In this document: positions 1 to 13,799 of the stretch, in pieces
Numbering within the stretch: the stretch's first letter is position 1
Layout of the letters: every line of letters begins with the position of its first letter
Source of the DNA: Octopus vulgaris
Lineage: Eukaryota
Direction of reading: 5' to 3'
DNA: 64,000 nt
NCBI GenBank assembly: GCA_951406725.2
Contig: OX597815.1
Location: 8,308,001 to 8,372,000 of the forward strand
Made by a program: the position numbers and the translations under genes
Notes under the pieces: model-generated
What the model saw: the letters and a program-made list of their open reading frames with translations, nothing else
What the model was told of the DNA's origin: nothing
Databases searched by the model: none

Positions 1-564
1 CCACCACTACTACGACCACCACAACACTACCATCACGAGTAGCCCGGCCATCCCCTTCACTGCAAAACCTATCACCAGAATTTCAACAACCAACACCAGT
101 AACACCACACCGTCACCTTCGTCCACTCCTACACCCCCAACAGTCAACCTACAAGTTAGTCAACAAACACAACCACTTCACCGTTATGCGACATTGTAAA
201 AAATCTCATTAGTTGCGGCCGTTTTCAACTAGTGAGAGAACGGCATGGATAAATAAGGCAATCAGATTTGGGACAAGTTTAAATATAACACTTATTTTTA
301 ATTAGTCCTTTAAACCGAATCTCTTTTAACTATTGTTATTTTTAAGGTAACCTCCTGCATCACACGTGCAGTTGAAGAAATTTTTACAGTTTTGTTCGTT
401 AATTATTCTTAAATATTCGCCCCCTTTTCTTCTTGCTTCAGTGTATCTCCTTATCTAAATATGGTGACAGCTTGTATTGAGTCGTGTTACCCCACCTCCT
501 ATCTCCACATAACGAGTAGCAGTCTTGTAGTTTCTTCGCCACGCTGGATGGAAAGTAATATTAT

Positions 565-601
<37 letters not shown>

Positions 602-808
602 ACACACACACAATAATGGTGTGGATTATCGTTGTTGATATGTTTTTGTATGTAATCAAGTACTCCATAAATCTCATTTAACCTGGTTTCATGATGGGGT
701 TTCGGTTGATATTTGCGATCTTCAGAATATCCATGAGCTTCTGAAGATTTTTCTGAAACACTAATACACATTCATTGAATTCGTTACCACCTTTCCACAA
801 ATACATGT

Positions 809-855
<47 letters not shown>

Positions 856-1794
856 TCTCTCTCTTTCACCTGCACATATACAAACAATGACACCCATACA
901 CATGTATGTATACTTGGAAGTGGATGCCTGGCGTTCAATCAAATAATAATATAATAATATATATATACATCACATGCATATATGGGTATAGGACGTCACC
1001 AACAGTAAACAACATGAAATACGAAAACAAATGAGTTCAATACGCAAACACTGGGAGAAACAAATGGATACCTCGAACATGAAGGCACTCTCTTTTGTGA
1101 CACACATTTCCATACCTTTTTTTTCTTGCCTAGAGTTGACCTATATCTAGTACCTCTTTTTGGCTCGCAATTCTAGCAAAAGATGCAGTGTCATTGGCGA
1201 CGTTGGTGATGTTATTGTTATTTAAAATTTGTGTTTCAGCTACTTCTTTCTTTCCTACTTCTGAAATAGTAATTCTTCCTGCTTAGAAGTGTCTGTTTGT
1301 TTAATAATTTTAATGTTCCCATGTCTACAATTCTTTTTAGGGAGAGAGAAAGAAGGAGAGAGAGAGAGAAGTGTATTCACCACTTCCATCACAGTGGCAA
1401 ACACTTTCTACTGCAACTATAGCTGTGGTCATATTGAACATCTAATAAAACTAAGCAAAATTAGTGCATAAGAAAAGATCAATTTGGACAACTAAACAGA
1501 TTGAACTATTCTATAGACTCATATGAATTAACTACTCTTTAGTTCTATTATTAACTACTATTTTGTCCATTGATTCACCATATTGCTGGTCAGTGGATTA
1601 CGAACTGTCAACATTTCTCTCCATCTCGGCGACCTGAGTCCTATATCGAGTGATTACGTTGTCTTGGTAATGGAAGCGACCAAACCTATACATTCATTAT
1701 AGATTGGAAACACCTGTTGAGCATTACTCTACCTGCACGCATACAGTCACACACACGCGCAGATCAAGTGAACACACACGATTTATATAGACAC

Positions 1795-1795
<1 letters not shown>

Positions 1796-1888
<93 letters not shown>

Positions 1889-1973
1889 ATATATATGTAT
1901 GTATATATATATGTATATATATATATATGTGTGTATATATATATGTATATATATATATATGTGTGTGTGTGTG

Positions 1974-2030
<57 letters not shown>
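1796..2030. repeat. Compound (TG)n/(TA)n microsatellite
   Basis: direct inspection. Confidence 0.95.
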
Positions 2031-2035
<5 letters not shown>

Positions 2036-2715
2036 TAAATAAAACATATATATATATATATATACATATATGTACGTACCTACCTCTACATGTATATATA
2101 CACGCATATATGAGTACAGGACACCAAAAAAACGTCGAACACAATGAGAAACGAAAACATAGACACAAACCCAAGGAACTGGACATTTTTTTTCAACAAA
2201 AAAAAAATAGAGTACAGGACAACTAACACAAAGAAAAAACCCCTTCTTCAGTCGCCATGGTTTCATCTACTCTACGTTTCGAAACGATATATAAGCATGT
2301 CAAGTTTTCGATATAAATCAGTATCAAATGCTACATTACTTATAGTAACAATTTTTCACTCGCACACACAGACACAGACACACGCACACACGAACTCGAG
2401 ATATCTGTAAGACTTATGTGCATATTTATGCGTGTGCGTATAACTAACTAATAATGTAAACCGTTTGATTGGAGCAGGAAATATACATATAGTCATACAC
2501 GCATACATACACTCATAAATATATTCTTTTTGTATAAATTCAAGTAGGTTTACAATCTTGAGAAATTAGGCTTCTCAAAACCACAAAGGAGAAAGCTAAT
2601 TCCAAGACTACAGATCTAGTCTATCACTGGAACTGTAAAAATCTGTAAAACTTTTCAGAAGTTTATCATTTAAGTATATATGAGCATGTCTACATGTGTA
2701 ACTATATGCATGAGA

Positions 2716-2764
2716 ATACATACATACATACATGCATCCATGCATACATACATACATACACACA

Positions 2765-2797
<33 letters not shown>

Positions 2798-2815
2798 CAT
2801 ACATACATACATACA

Positions 2816-2849
<34 letters not shown>

Positions 2850-3340
2850 CATACATACATACATACATACATACATACATACATACATACATACATACAT
2901 ACATACATACATACATACATACATACATACATACACACATACAAAAATACCCTGTTGTTGATGTTGAATTTCCAATGAAGGAGCCTTGGATCTAGGTTAG
3001 AAACCAGTTCTTTCCCTATTGGCAAGAAATCTTGAAATAAACTGAATAATGACATACATACATACATACATACATACATACATACATACATACATACATA
3101 CATACATACATACATACATACATACATACATACATACATACATACATACATACATGCATACATACATCATACATACATACATACATACATACATGCATGC
3201 ATGCATGCATGCATGCATGCATACATACATACATACATACATACATACATACATACATACATCATACATACATACATACATACATACATACATCATGCAT
3301 GCATGCATGCATACATACATACATAGATACATACATACAT
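2716..3340. repeat. Two (CATA)n/(CATG)n arrays
   Basis: 2716-2940 and 3053-3340. Confidence 0.95.
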
Positions 3341-3419
3341 ATTCAAAATGTGACCGCGTGTGTATCGTTGGCGATTTTTTCCCTCCGTCTTCCCTTCTTT
3401 GGATCTTTCCTTTTCCTTT

Positions 3420-3454
3420 GTTTCTGACGAAGAGCTCCGCTCGAAACGTTAAAT
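3420..3454 (+). ncRNA. Minimal type I hammerhead ribozyme motif (Penelope-like element type)
   Basis: gttt-CTGACGA-a-gagc-tcc-gctc-GAAA-cg-TT-aaat; palindromic stem III (AACGTT). Confidence 0.6.
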
Positions 3455-3957
3455 CTTCCTTTTTTCTTTCCTTTCCTGAACGTCCAATAACACTATACTT
3501 GTTCCACGTCCTCGCGTTGTTGTGTTTTCTCTTTGTGTTTTCATGTTTGGATTAACTTTACACACACACACACAGTTAGAAAGATGTGATATGAGAGAGC
3601 TTTAGTTGCTATTTTTAGCCACGCCTAGAGACCTCTTCATTGATCCATAGTAACAGTGATAGCAGTGTGATTGTGAAAGTGTCACGTTGAAGCCCGGTAT
3701 CTCGTCATGCTTGTGTCACTCGTATCATACCTGATAAGATTCAAGTTAAGACATCTAAACTACGCAGTGATCAATGGTGCGTGGAAGACAGCTGCCATAC
3801 AGTGTATGAAATAGATGTCACGTGTACACGCGCGCGCCCACGCTCACACACACATACACATACCACACACACACACCATATCTATATGTATATCTATCTG
3901 TCTGTCTGTCTGCCTGCCTGCCTGCCTATCTGTCTGTCTGTCCGTCCGTCCATCCAT

Positions 3958-4005
<48 letters not shown>

Positions 4006-4739
4006 AGGCGCGTGGCTTAGCGGTTAGGGTGTCAGCATCACGATCGTAAGATTGTGGTTTCGATTCCTGCACGTTGCTCCAGTCCACTCAGCTGGCAAAA
4101 ATGAGTAACGCTGCGATGGACCGGCGTCCCGTCCTGCTGGGGAACACATACGCCATTGAAACCGGGCCCATGAGCCTGGATAGGCTTTAAAAAGGGCGCA
4201 TTTATATATATATATATAAGTTGTTATAATGACGTGAAGCCAAACTGATATTTTGAAATCATTTAGTACGTACATTTCAGGTTTACGTAATATTTGACTA
4301 GAATGGAAAATTCTAGTACCGTACTCCACTACTTAGCGTAACACGAAATAATGTATGTATGTGTGTGAGCGAGCGTGCGTGCATATAGAGGAAATTGAAA
4401 ATTCATACTTTGCTATTCCCTGTTTTATGGTTCCGATCTTCAAGCGGCTATGAAAAACGGAACATAATAATAATAATATATACTAGATATAAAGTGAAGC
4501 TGTTTGAGTACCGTAAAAAGCAACAAGTACTGATTTGATAAAATAGAGCAAAAGGACACACACACACACGTACACATCCATCCATCCATACGTACATTCA
4601 CATACACGTACACAAACACGCGCGCGCAAACAGTATCTTCTATCATTTTCTCATTAATTATGATGCAATGGCGGCCTGAACAATCCGGAACAGAATAAGA
4701 GGACGGAAATTACCAACAGACAAAGTTCATTATATTGAG

Positions 4740-5115
4740 ACTCCAAAGAATATTTAGTGGCACTGAAAAATTAAAACAACATCCAAGTTAAAACACAACT
4801 GGCCTGATATTGACCACAAGAAAAGATATGCTTTGTTGAGAAAATTAGCTCCTGGACACCAGTGTGGTTAGAAAAGTAGAAGAGAAAGAAACGTCTGTGG
4901 ACCATTAATACAGAGTTTGCAAATCTAGTATCTTGGAGACAGTTTTGTATCTGTTATTATTGCAGCAACGGGGTACGTACCAACTCGCTTGGTGCAACGT
5001 ATGGCTGAACTTCGGCTTCAGGGGTGAATAGTACAACTCTTTAATTCATGTGCAACAAATAATCACGATATCTGGGGCAATAAGAATTTGCAAGAACATT
5101 TGGAGATTTAAAGGG
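4740..5115 (+). mobile_element. Decayed restriction-like-endonuclease (R4/Dong-type) LINE C-terminus
   Basis: frameshifted peptides KIKTTSKLKHNWPDI ... KVEEKE ... VIIAATGYVP ... ISGAIRICKNIWRF. Confidence 0.55.
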
Positions 5116-5219
5116 TGATTTACAAAACAGAAGGCTTTCCTTCCCGACATTGCTATCAAGCAAGCAGCCGGTCAAAATTAACTCTAAATTATAGTGAATA
5201 AAAGTATGCATGCATGCAT

Positions 5220-5880
5220 GATGGCTGCCCCTTCGTTATCGAGTATGGCCATTGCACGAAGCTTAACTGTTACTGGTGCTGTGATCGAATGTGACTTTTT
5301 AGCCCAGCTAAAGATCTACAATGTCTTGTACAAAGTTGGCAGCTAAAACCTTTCCTGGCAATAGCCGGCTGTAGTTGTAACTGGGCTTCATGTACCTTTG
5401 CATGTGGTTTAAGTCCTCCTGCCGAATTACACTCTCTTCCACATGCTCGACAGATTTGATTAGTATGGTGTGTTACACCACCACCAGTGGCCAGGTTGTC
5501 ACTCATCTGTCTCGCTTTAGGACTACGAAGATGACTCTTGAGTCCAGCTTTACTGAAGCAGGGTCTTGCACAGACACTGCATGTCAGCATCATAGGAAGA
5601 CCCTTCCTATTTGGAAGTGTAACAGTGATGCCCTTCCTGACATCCCTCCTTACTTTCTCATGTGCAACTCGTGATTTCTCAAAAGTAGCTGTCCCCTCGT
5701 GCACAATACTTCTCTACCCGCTACGATCAATAGCCATGCCCTCCCATGTGTCAGGAGAGATGCAAGCATCTCTTAAGGAAGCCTCTCTTAAGGAAGCCTC
5801 TCTTAAGGAAGCCTCTCTTAAGGAAGCCTCTCTTAAGGAAGCCTCTCTTAAGGAAGCCTTCAGCAAGTCCTTATACCTCT
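5220..5880 (-). mobile_element. 5'-truncated RTE-clade LINE with C-terminal C2H2-like fingers
   Basis: KRYKDLLKASLR...WEGMAIDRSG*RSIVHEGTATFE followed by three CxxC..GL.(S/P)H motifs; 35-bp flanking direct repeat at 5185-5219 and 5881-5915. Confidence 0.8.
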
Positions 5881-6869
5881 TAAATTATAGTGAATAAAAG
5901 TATGCATGCATGCATACATACATACATACATACATAAATTATATAACTGAGTAAATAGAAAACGGCCTTTCTTGCGGCCTTGTAATTAACAGCCTTGTAA
6001 TTAACGCACGATACTGTTCTAGTTTGATCATTTTTATTAAGGATTTTTCATATTTCCTTATTAACACTTTATGTGTAGTTTGAAATAATAGTGTTCCTGA
6101 ATCCATTAGCACATTAACATTCACATCATCAGAATAAAGAGGGGGTTATAATGACACGTTCGTGCGCTTTGCAGTGGGACACAAATGATCATAGGAATAC
6201 TATTGTAATTGATACTAAAATTATCAACGCCCGATACTAAAGATTATACAACGGTGAATTCTGGTAGATGTCATTATTCATTTGACACGCAATATATCTT
6301 TGTGTTAGCTTTTAGTTTGAATTTTGCGTTTTGTAAAGATGCCATAGTTATTCTCATTTTTTTGGTTATATTTTGTGGATTTTTATATAAAATTTCAGTT
6401 CTAGTATTTCTATGCAATTTTATTTCATGTCCTGTATGATAATGAGGTTGTAATGGCTCCTTGCTGTAAAATGCATAGTCAACCAACGAATGTCCGATAT
6501 AACAGATTGAGTCGTAAATTTTACAATTTACATGTTTAGACTGAAATCTGTATAATACACTGTGAGAAAATACATTTTGTTGTCTCCTACATAGTAGTTT
6601 CGTGTTGACGAGGAGATTTTTTCCCTTCTCGTGTTACTATAATATATTCTAATTATGAACTTGTGATAATATGTGATACATGTATTCTGTTTTATGAGTT
6701 TTTTTAAATGACAGTGTCGTCCATTTTATAACCTGAGTGAGTCCGTCTCTTGTGATATACAATATCTGTGGTTTTTTTGTATTTTTAGTGAATACAGTAT
6801 ATGTTGTGCCAACGTGGTTGAATTTGTCTTTCTGTTGTTTTATAGCCAAGTGTACTAATCTATTAAGGT

Positions 6870-7259
6870 GGGTGGAGCGCAATGGCCCAGTGGTTAGGGC
6901 AGCGGACTCGCGGTCATAGGATCGCGGTTTCGATTCCCAGACCGGGCGTTGTGAGTGTTTATTGAGCGAAAACACTTAAAAGCTCCACGAGGCTCCGGCA
7001 GGGGATGGTGGTGATCCCTGCTGTACTCTTTCACCACAACTTTCCCTCACTCTTACTTCCTGTTTCTGTTGTACCTGTATTTCAAAGGGCCGGCCTTGTC
7101 ACTCTCTGTGTCACGCTGAATATCCCCGAGAACTACGTTAAGGGTGCATGTGTCTGTGGAGTGCTCAGCCACTTACACGTTAATTTCACGAGCAGGCTGT
7201 TCCGTTGATTCGGATCAACCGGAAACCTCGTCGTCGTAACCGACGGAGTGCTTCTCTCT
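6870..7259 (+). mobile_element. tRNA-derived SINE (family D)
   Basis: A box tggcccagtgg, B box ggtttcgattccc; 14-bp TSD taatctattaaggt at 6856-6869 and 7260-7273; related heads at ~4003, 18294, 23503, 29518(-), 30440. Confidence 0.8.
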
Positions 7260-7531
7260 TAATCTATTAAGGTACTCGTTATTAATGATTGTCTGTCGCG
7301 TAGGATTTCCTTGTTTAAAGTTTTTTCAGTGAATGAAAATTCGAATGCTCGTCTATTAACGTATTTTCATTACAGATATTTGGATTTATGAGAACATTCA
7401 CTATCACCGTGCAATTTATAAGCTTTTTGTGTGTGTTCTTTGTATGAGCTAAAGTGCTATATGTATATTATTTCAACATTTATGGTGGTAGTGTTGACTA
7501 AATGTATACTAGAGCTAAATTGAATCATAAA

Positions 7532-7928
7532 TCTCTATGATATAAAGCTGAAGTTGTCTGTGTATGGCAGGTTTGGTAGCCTTCAACTAACACTATCTCC
7601 TCCAAGACCCTGCGGTTCAAGTTGACCAAAATTGAGAGTATGATAGAAGAAGGCTTGCTCTTCCTTCCGTAGAAGAAAAAATTCAAATCGGACCATGTTA
7701 ACACCAAAAATTATTTACATCAAAAAGGTGCTTTTTTCCCTATGAAAATCTCTATTTTTAACGATTTTTTGACTGCTGTGTCGCCATTTTTCGGTGTATT
7801 TCAACCAGAAAACGTTCACTTGAAGAGAATAACAAGCTACATAATGCAAAATTTTTACTTTTCAAAAATTCCAATTCTAAAAGGTCGAAAAGAAAACAAG
7901 TCTGAGCAACGCTGGGCGATACTGCTAG
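7532..7928 (+). mobile_element. Non-autonomous Helitron
   Basis: A|TC...CTAG|T termini, no TSD, subterminal gcaacgctgggcg; second copy at 12909-13274. Confidence 0.7.
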
Positions 7929-9027
7929 TGTAAAGATAGCGTTATTTTCAAGATCTTGAATTTTATCAGATTGTTTGTCGTCATCTGTCACATTGAATAC
8001 GCCAAATGCCATAACGGTTGAAAACGCAGTTATGCCTGGAAGTGACATATTTTTCACGTTAGCCATGTGGAATGCCGCGAATGTGGGCTCGAGCAGTGGG
8101 TCCCATGAATCACTAATGTATATATTATCTCATGGACAGGAAAATCAGTTGTACAAGACAAATGATTGCGTATGGTTTTCGGCCGATTGTGTGTGTGTGC
8201 AGGCACAATTCTTCCCAATTATGAGGTGCTTCTGCGTATAAATTTAGTCAAGTGTCTTCTTCTAAAGCTTCGGGTGACTCAAAGTTAGAAATTTTTTTCT
8301 TTTTATGTGAAAGTGGAAACTGACTGGAAGCCCGTCAATGGATTCTGCTTCCAATTTAAAGGTTCGCTGATTCTAACTCAGGATTATACATTAACAGTAC
8401 GTGTATCGATGGAATACTCAACTAAAATCAGTCCCAATACTTATGCCGAACCATTAAATTATGGAGACGTAAACAAACCAACACTGGTTGTCAAGCGGTG
8501 GCGGGGGGGGCGGGGCGGGCGGGGCGGAGCACAAACACAAATACATATATTCGTACAATCACACACATATATATGTGTGTGTGTGCGTGCGTGCGTGCGT
8601 GTGTGTACAATGTGCTTGCACACACTTTTCACCTACCAAACTTACTATCTCTTTATTGCCCACAAGGGGCTAAACATAGAGGGGACAAACAAGGACAGAC
8701 AGCCGGATTAAATCGATTACATTGACCCCAGTGCGTAACTGGTACTTAATTTATCGACCCCGAAAGGATGAAAGGCAAAGTCGACCTCGGCGGAATTTGA
8801 ACTCAGAATGTAACGGCAGACGAAATACCGCTTAGCATTTCGCCCGGATTGCTAACGTTTCTGCCAGCTCACCGCCTATACCAAACTTACTTACAAGGCA
8901 TTGGTCGGCTCAGGGCTGTAGTATAAGACGCTTGTCGAAGGTGCTGCCCCGTGGGACAGGACCCGAAATCACGTGATTGCAAAACGAACTTCTTAACCAC
9001 ATTGCTATGCCTGCCTCCTCTCTCTCC

Positions 9028-9072
<45 letters not shown>

Positions 9073-9254
9073 GAAGGATTGAATATGCGACTGGCATATT
9101 TCACACCTTTCCTGAGAAGAGTCCTTACTGGAAAGAGGCCAAAACAACCCCTGTATACATTGCCCAACTACCCGATCAGATGAAAATATACGTCTGCGGC
9201 CCTATGTGGCGTATAAAATCGCATGTAGCAAATGTAATGAATTCTGCCATTTAT

Positions 9255-9662
9255 GGCAGACACCCATAAAATTATTAACCATCTTACAAACAATCACTCT
9301 GAGCACCTTTTTAAACTCCGCCTGTCTAACACCCGTGGACATGTTTACAAAGTCAGAAAACAGCACAGCTCCTTCCATGACTTTCGGAAACATTTTTTCA
9401 CGCTGAGAGTTGCTGAAGCATGGAACAAACTGCCGGCATCAGTTGTTAGTTGTCGGAGCACTGCATCCTTCAAACCTTCCATGCTTCCTGAGATTCACCA
9501 ACACTACACCTGATCTTTCTCCCCTCCTTACACACACAGGCATGTATCTGACTCATACACTGTTCACTTTCCAGACATTTGTACATTTCTGTATATACTT
9601 TATATGCACTTTTGACAAGTTGTGGTGCACCTGAGCACTGTATACAATGATTTCATTATTAT
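9255..9662 (+). mobile_element. CR1-clade LINE 3' fragment
   Basis: ADTHKIINHL...TRGHVYKV...RKHFFTLRVAEAWNKLP, 3' UTR and (TTA)n tail. Confidence 0.85.
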
Positions 9663-10331
9663 TTTTACACCAGAAGACTCATCAGACAAGTTTACATAGG
9701 AATGAAGGAACAACCTCTATGCTAATGTTTCTTCTGTCCAAAAACACCTACAGAAAATTTCTACAATCAAAACACCCAAGTTTCCATTGATGTTACTGCA
9801 AGAAACATTAGGAACTTTAGAATTAAAACGGTTACTTTTAATTAGCAATTACATCCCGCGACTTAATAATAGAATCTGAACTGAACGAAGCCTATTTGGA
9901 TAGTATGGCAACGCAGAACAATCCTTCACACACGCACACGCACTCACGCGTGTGTGTATAATCTCTTCTGAAGCAAAACATTTGTGGCTGTCCCTCTTAT
10001 CAATACTTTAGCTTCTCAATACCTGGCATAAAGCCATCTTCACCCCCCTCTACTACAACCCCACTTGAGAGGGCGCCTTCTTTATCTGTGTCTTGTTAGT
10101 TACTTGGCAACCTTACTAGTGCCAATGTCAAGGAAAGTGGCAATCAATACAACTCTGTAACGTGGTTGGCATTAGGAAAGGTATCCAACCCCTAGAAACC
10201 ATGTTAAAACGGGCATTGCAACAGCTCGACGTAATAATCCGCTTCATTGAACCCCACAAAGCGGTCCGAGTCATTGTAGCATGGAAGACGGGCGTTAAAT
10301 GAAAATATAGTCTCGTTTAAGAGACGTATAA

Positions 10332-10363
<32 letters not shown>

Positions 10364-12405
10364 CTATAGGCTTGACTGTGTGGTAAAATGTTTGCTTCCC
10401 AACCACCGTTTGACAACCGGTACGGGTGTGTTTATGTCCCTGTTAATTAGCACTTTGGCAAAAGACTAAAAATTCTTGAAGGTGGTGCTCCAGCATGGCC
10501 GCAGTCTGATGACCGAAACGAGTAAATGATAATGTATATATATATACTCTTTACTCTTTTACTTGTTCCAGTCATTTGACTGCGGCCATGCTGTAGCACC
10601 GCCTTTTAGTCGAGTAAATCGACCTCAGGGCTTATTCTTTGGAAGCCTAGTACTTATTCTATCGGTCTCTTTTGCCGAACCGCTAAGTTACGGGGACATA
10701 AACACACCACCATCGGTTGTCAAGCGATGTTGGAGACGGACACACACACACACACACACACACGACAGGCTTCTTTAAGTTTCCGTCTACCAAATCCACT
10801 CACAAGGCATTGGTCAGCCTGAGGCTATAGTAGAAGACACTTGCTCAAAGTGCCACTCGGTGGGAATGAACCCGGAACCATGTGGCTGTGTGGTAAAGGA
10901 GCTCTGTTTGCGACTACGCGGTTTCGGGTTCAGTGTCAATGCGCAACACATATGGTAAATATCTTCTACCTTAGCCCCAAGCCGATTGATTCCTTGTGAG
11001 TGAATTTGGGTGACGGAAACTCCGTGGAAGCCCGTAGTATGTGTATTCGTCTCCCTTGACCACCAGTGCTGGTTTGTTTATGTCTCCGTAACCTAGCAAT
11101 TCGTCAAAAGATACCAATAAAAATAAGTACTAGACTTAGTAAAATAAGTAGTGGAGGGGTGGGGCGATTTGTTCTACTAAAAACCTTCAGTGCAGTGCCC
11201 CAGCATGGCTGCAGTCCAATGACTGCAAGAAGAGAATGTATATATATATATATTTCTTTACTATCCACAAGGGGCTAAACACAGAGGGGAAAAACAAGGA
11301 CAGACAGAGGGATTAAGTCGATTACATCGATCTCAGTGCGAAACTGGTACTTATTTAATCGACCCCGAAAGGATGAAAGGCAAAGTCGACCTCGGCGGAA
11401 TTTGAACTCAGAACGTAACGACAGACGAAGAAGGTGTATATATATGCTGTGTACTCGCGCACGCGTCTGCTTAATTTCCCCTTTCAAATTACTCAGAAGA
11501 CACCACACACAGAAATTAAAAGAAAGAGTGAAAGAAAATAACTTCAATTCAATGTTATATATATATATAATATAAGATGGCGATAATTTTCGTTGATACA
11601 AGTTTTATATATAATTCCAGCAGCAAGCCAATTTGTTTCGTCTATTTATTTCAAAACTGTTCATTTTCAACTGTGTCTCTCGTTCTTTTAAACCTCTCCT
11701 TTTCTCTATATATAAATCTCTCTCTATTTGTAGGATACGTTGATGATTACACTTCGATAATGACAAACTATTTAACTTGCACCATTCTACTATATATACT
11801 GTCCAATCTCCTACTTAATTCACATGTATCCAGCAACGACTGTCTCTTTAACCGCAATCATTATATTAAATTACTTTACATTTCAAATGTTTTTCTATTA
11901 GCGAAGCTTTATCGTTCCATCAAAATCAACTTCAATCCAACTTTAATCGCCATTTAACTAAATGTTTCTAGTCAATTCTCGAACTTTCTTTTATCTTTTA
12001 GTCCTTTGATGTTTCAAATTTGAATTTCAAACGAACATAAATAGCAGCCATTTTGCCTTCTTCCCTTCTGTCTTATTTTTCTTTTTGTCTTGCTTTCATT
12101 CTTACGTATTCTCTCTTTAAAACGCTTTCTCTTCTTCATTTCTCTTCTCTTTCCTCCTCTCTTGCACTCTTTCCAATATGATGTTTGCTTTTATGCCGTT
12201 TCTCTTAGCGTTTCTTTCTTTTTCTTCTCCATTTTTTTTCTTTTTTTCTTTTCATGTCATTTCTTCTTTCTGAAAACTATTTGTCTTTGATGTGGTTTTG
12301 GCAATGTTGCAAAGTTATTAGAGAAGGTGTGTCCTTAAAGTGGAAAATTAATTGGGCGGTTCTCCCTCCCTCCTTCTCTCTCTCTCTTTCTCAAAACGCA
12401 CACGT

Positions 12406-12454
<49 letters not shown>

Positions 12455-12908
12455 CACGCACACACACACACCTCCTCTTCGACATGTAAAAATGCAATGG
12501 TATGTTGCATATTGAAAGTTGTCAATCATTTTTTTCTTTCTTTACATAAATTATTGAGGATGAAGAAAGGGGCAACACTTGAGGGCCTTTTCCATCTTCT
12601 CCGACACTAATCATATTGATTGCGGCTGATACACAAAGCCTAAAATATCTCGGGTCTGAAAAACAAAATGTAGGTGGAACACTTTGTAAAACAAAGGGAC
12701 AGATTGTCTGGGCAGAAATGTCTGCAACAGATAGGGCCGGATGTCTGGGCAGAATACTTCTAACAAACTAGAGTAGGATACTGGAGTAGACGAAGTCAGC
12801 GTTGATTGAACTGAATAACTGTTTGATCAGCCGCTATCGAGACCACCCTGTCTTGTTTCATACATACATCAAGAACGACATTATATCTAAAAGTGAATTT
12901 TTCAAAGA

Positions 12909-13274
12909 CTAGCAGTATCGCCCGGCGTTTTGGAATTTTTGAAAAGTAAAAATTCTGCATTATGTAGCTTGTTATTCTCTTTAAGTGAACATTTTCCTGG
13001 TTGAAATACACCGAAAAATGGCGACACAGCAGTCAAAACATCGTAAAAAATAGGGATTTTCATAGAAAAAAAACACCTTTTTGATGTAAATAATTTTTGG
13101 TGTTAACATGGTCCGATTTGGATTTTATCTTCTACGGAAGGAAGAGCAAGCCTTCTTCTATCATACTAACAATTTTGGTCAACTTGCGCTTCAGGGTCTC
13201 GGAGGAAGATAGTGTTGGTTGAAGGCTACCAAACCTGCTATACACAGACAACTTCAGCTTTATATATAGAGAGA
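12909..13274 (-). mobile_element. Non-autonomous Helitron, same family as 7532-7928
   Basis: reverse-complement homologue of 7532-7928 with TC and CTAG termini. Confidence 0.7.
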
Positions 13275-13407
13275 TTAATAGTAAGGTGGAATATGAGGAA
13301 GATTTGGCATTTGTTTTTAGTGGTTCGACGAGCAGGTGTTAAACTGTATGTGTTTGAAACAATGGACAGAAGTTAAAGTGACGGTGTGTAAACGAAATGC
13401 TGGTGGA

Positions 13408-13447
<40 letters not shown>

Positions 13448-13460
13448 GGGGGAGGGGTAT

Positions 13461-13691
13461 GCGGTGAGCTGGCAGAAACGTTAGCACGCCGGGCGAAATG
13501 GTTCGCGGTATTTCGTCTGCCGTTACGTTCCGAGTTCAAATTCCGCCGAGGTCGACTTTGCCTTTCATCCTTTCGGGGTCGATAAATAAAGTACCAGTTA
13601 CGCACTGGGATCGATATAATCGACTTAATCCGTTTGTCTGTCCTTGTTCGTCCCCTCTGTGTTTGGCCCCTTATGAGTTGTAAAGAAATAG

Positions 13692-13694
<3 letters not shown>
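13461..13694 (+). mobile_element. tRNA-derived SINE family A (representative copy)
   Basis: gagctggcagaa...gagttcaaattcc head plus cctttcatcctttcggggtcgataaa core; other copies at ~8646, 11251, 14929, 18858, 20610, 24791, 28447, 33299, 36085, 39432, 41135, 50838, 56072. Confidence 0.85.
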
Positions 13695-13738
<44 letters not shown>

Positions 13739-13799
13739 GTTCACCCACCACCAACTGGTAAGTGCTGCTGACCAAATTACTTTGACCTCTTTATTACAG

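Noticed and set aside
2235-2290. GAAACGT and CTGAAGAAG on the minus strand
   Set aside because: Hammerhead halves in an order that lacks a closing stem II; possibly a PLE relic but not callable.
1717-3555. ORFs made of YI/CV/HT/MYVC repeats
   Set aside because: Translations of (TA)n, (TG)n and (CATA)n microsatellites.
5270-5704. 144-aa ORF as a C2H2 zinc-finger host gene
   Set aside because: Preceded in frame by RTE ORF sequence with a stop codon, and bounded by a target-site duplication, so it is a LINE fragment.
6870-6945. tRNA-like sequences (also heads of SINE A and B)
   Set aside because: No complete acceptor stem; they continue into multi-copy SINE bodies, with a TSD at this copy.
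10500-10525. CTGATGA-cc-GAAAC hammerhead-like string
   Set aside because: No stem II; a point variant of the family B SINE terminal hairpin cagtc-aaat-gactg-aaac.
11577-11957. 126-aa ORF containing YVDD
   Set aside because: No other reverse-transcriptase motifs; low-complexity AT-rich sequence.
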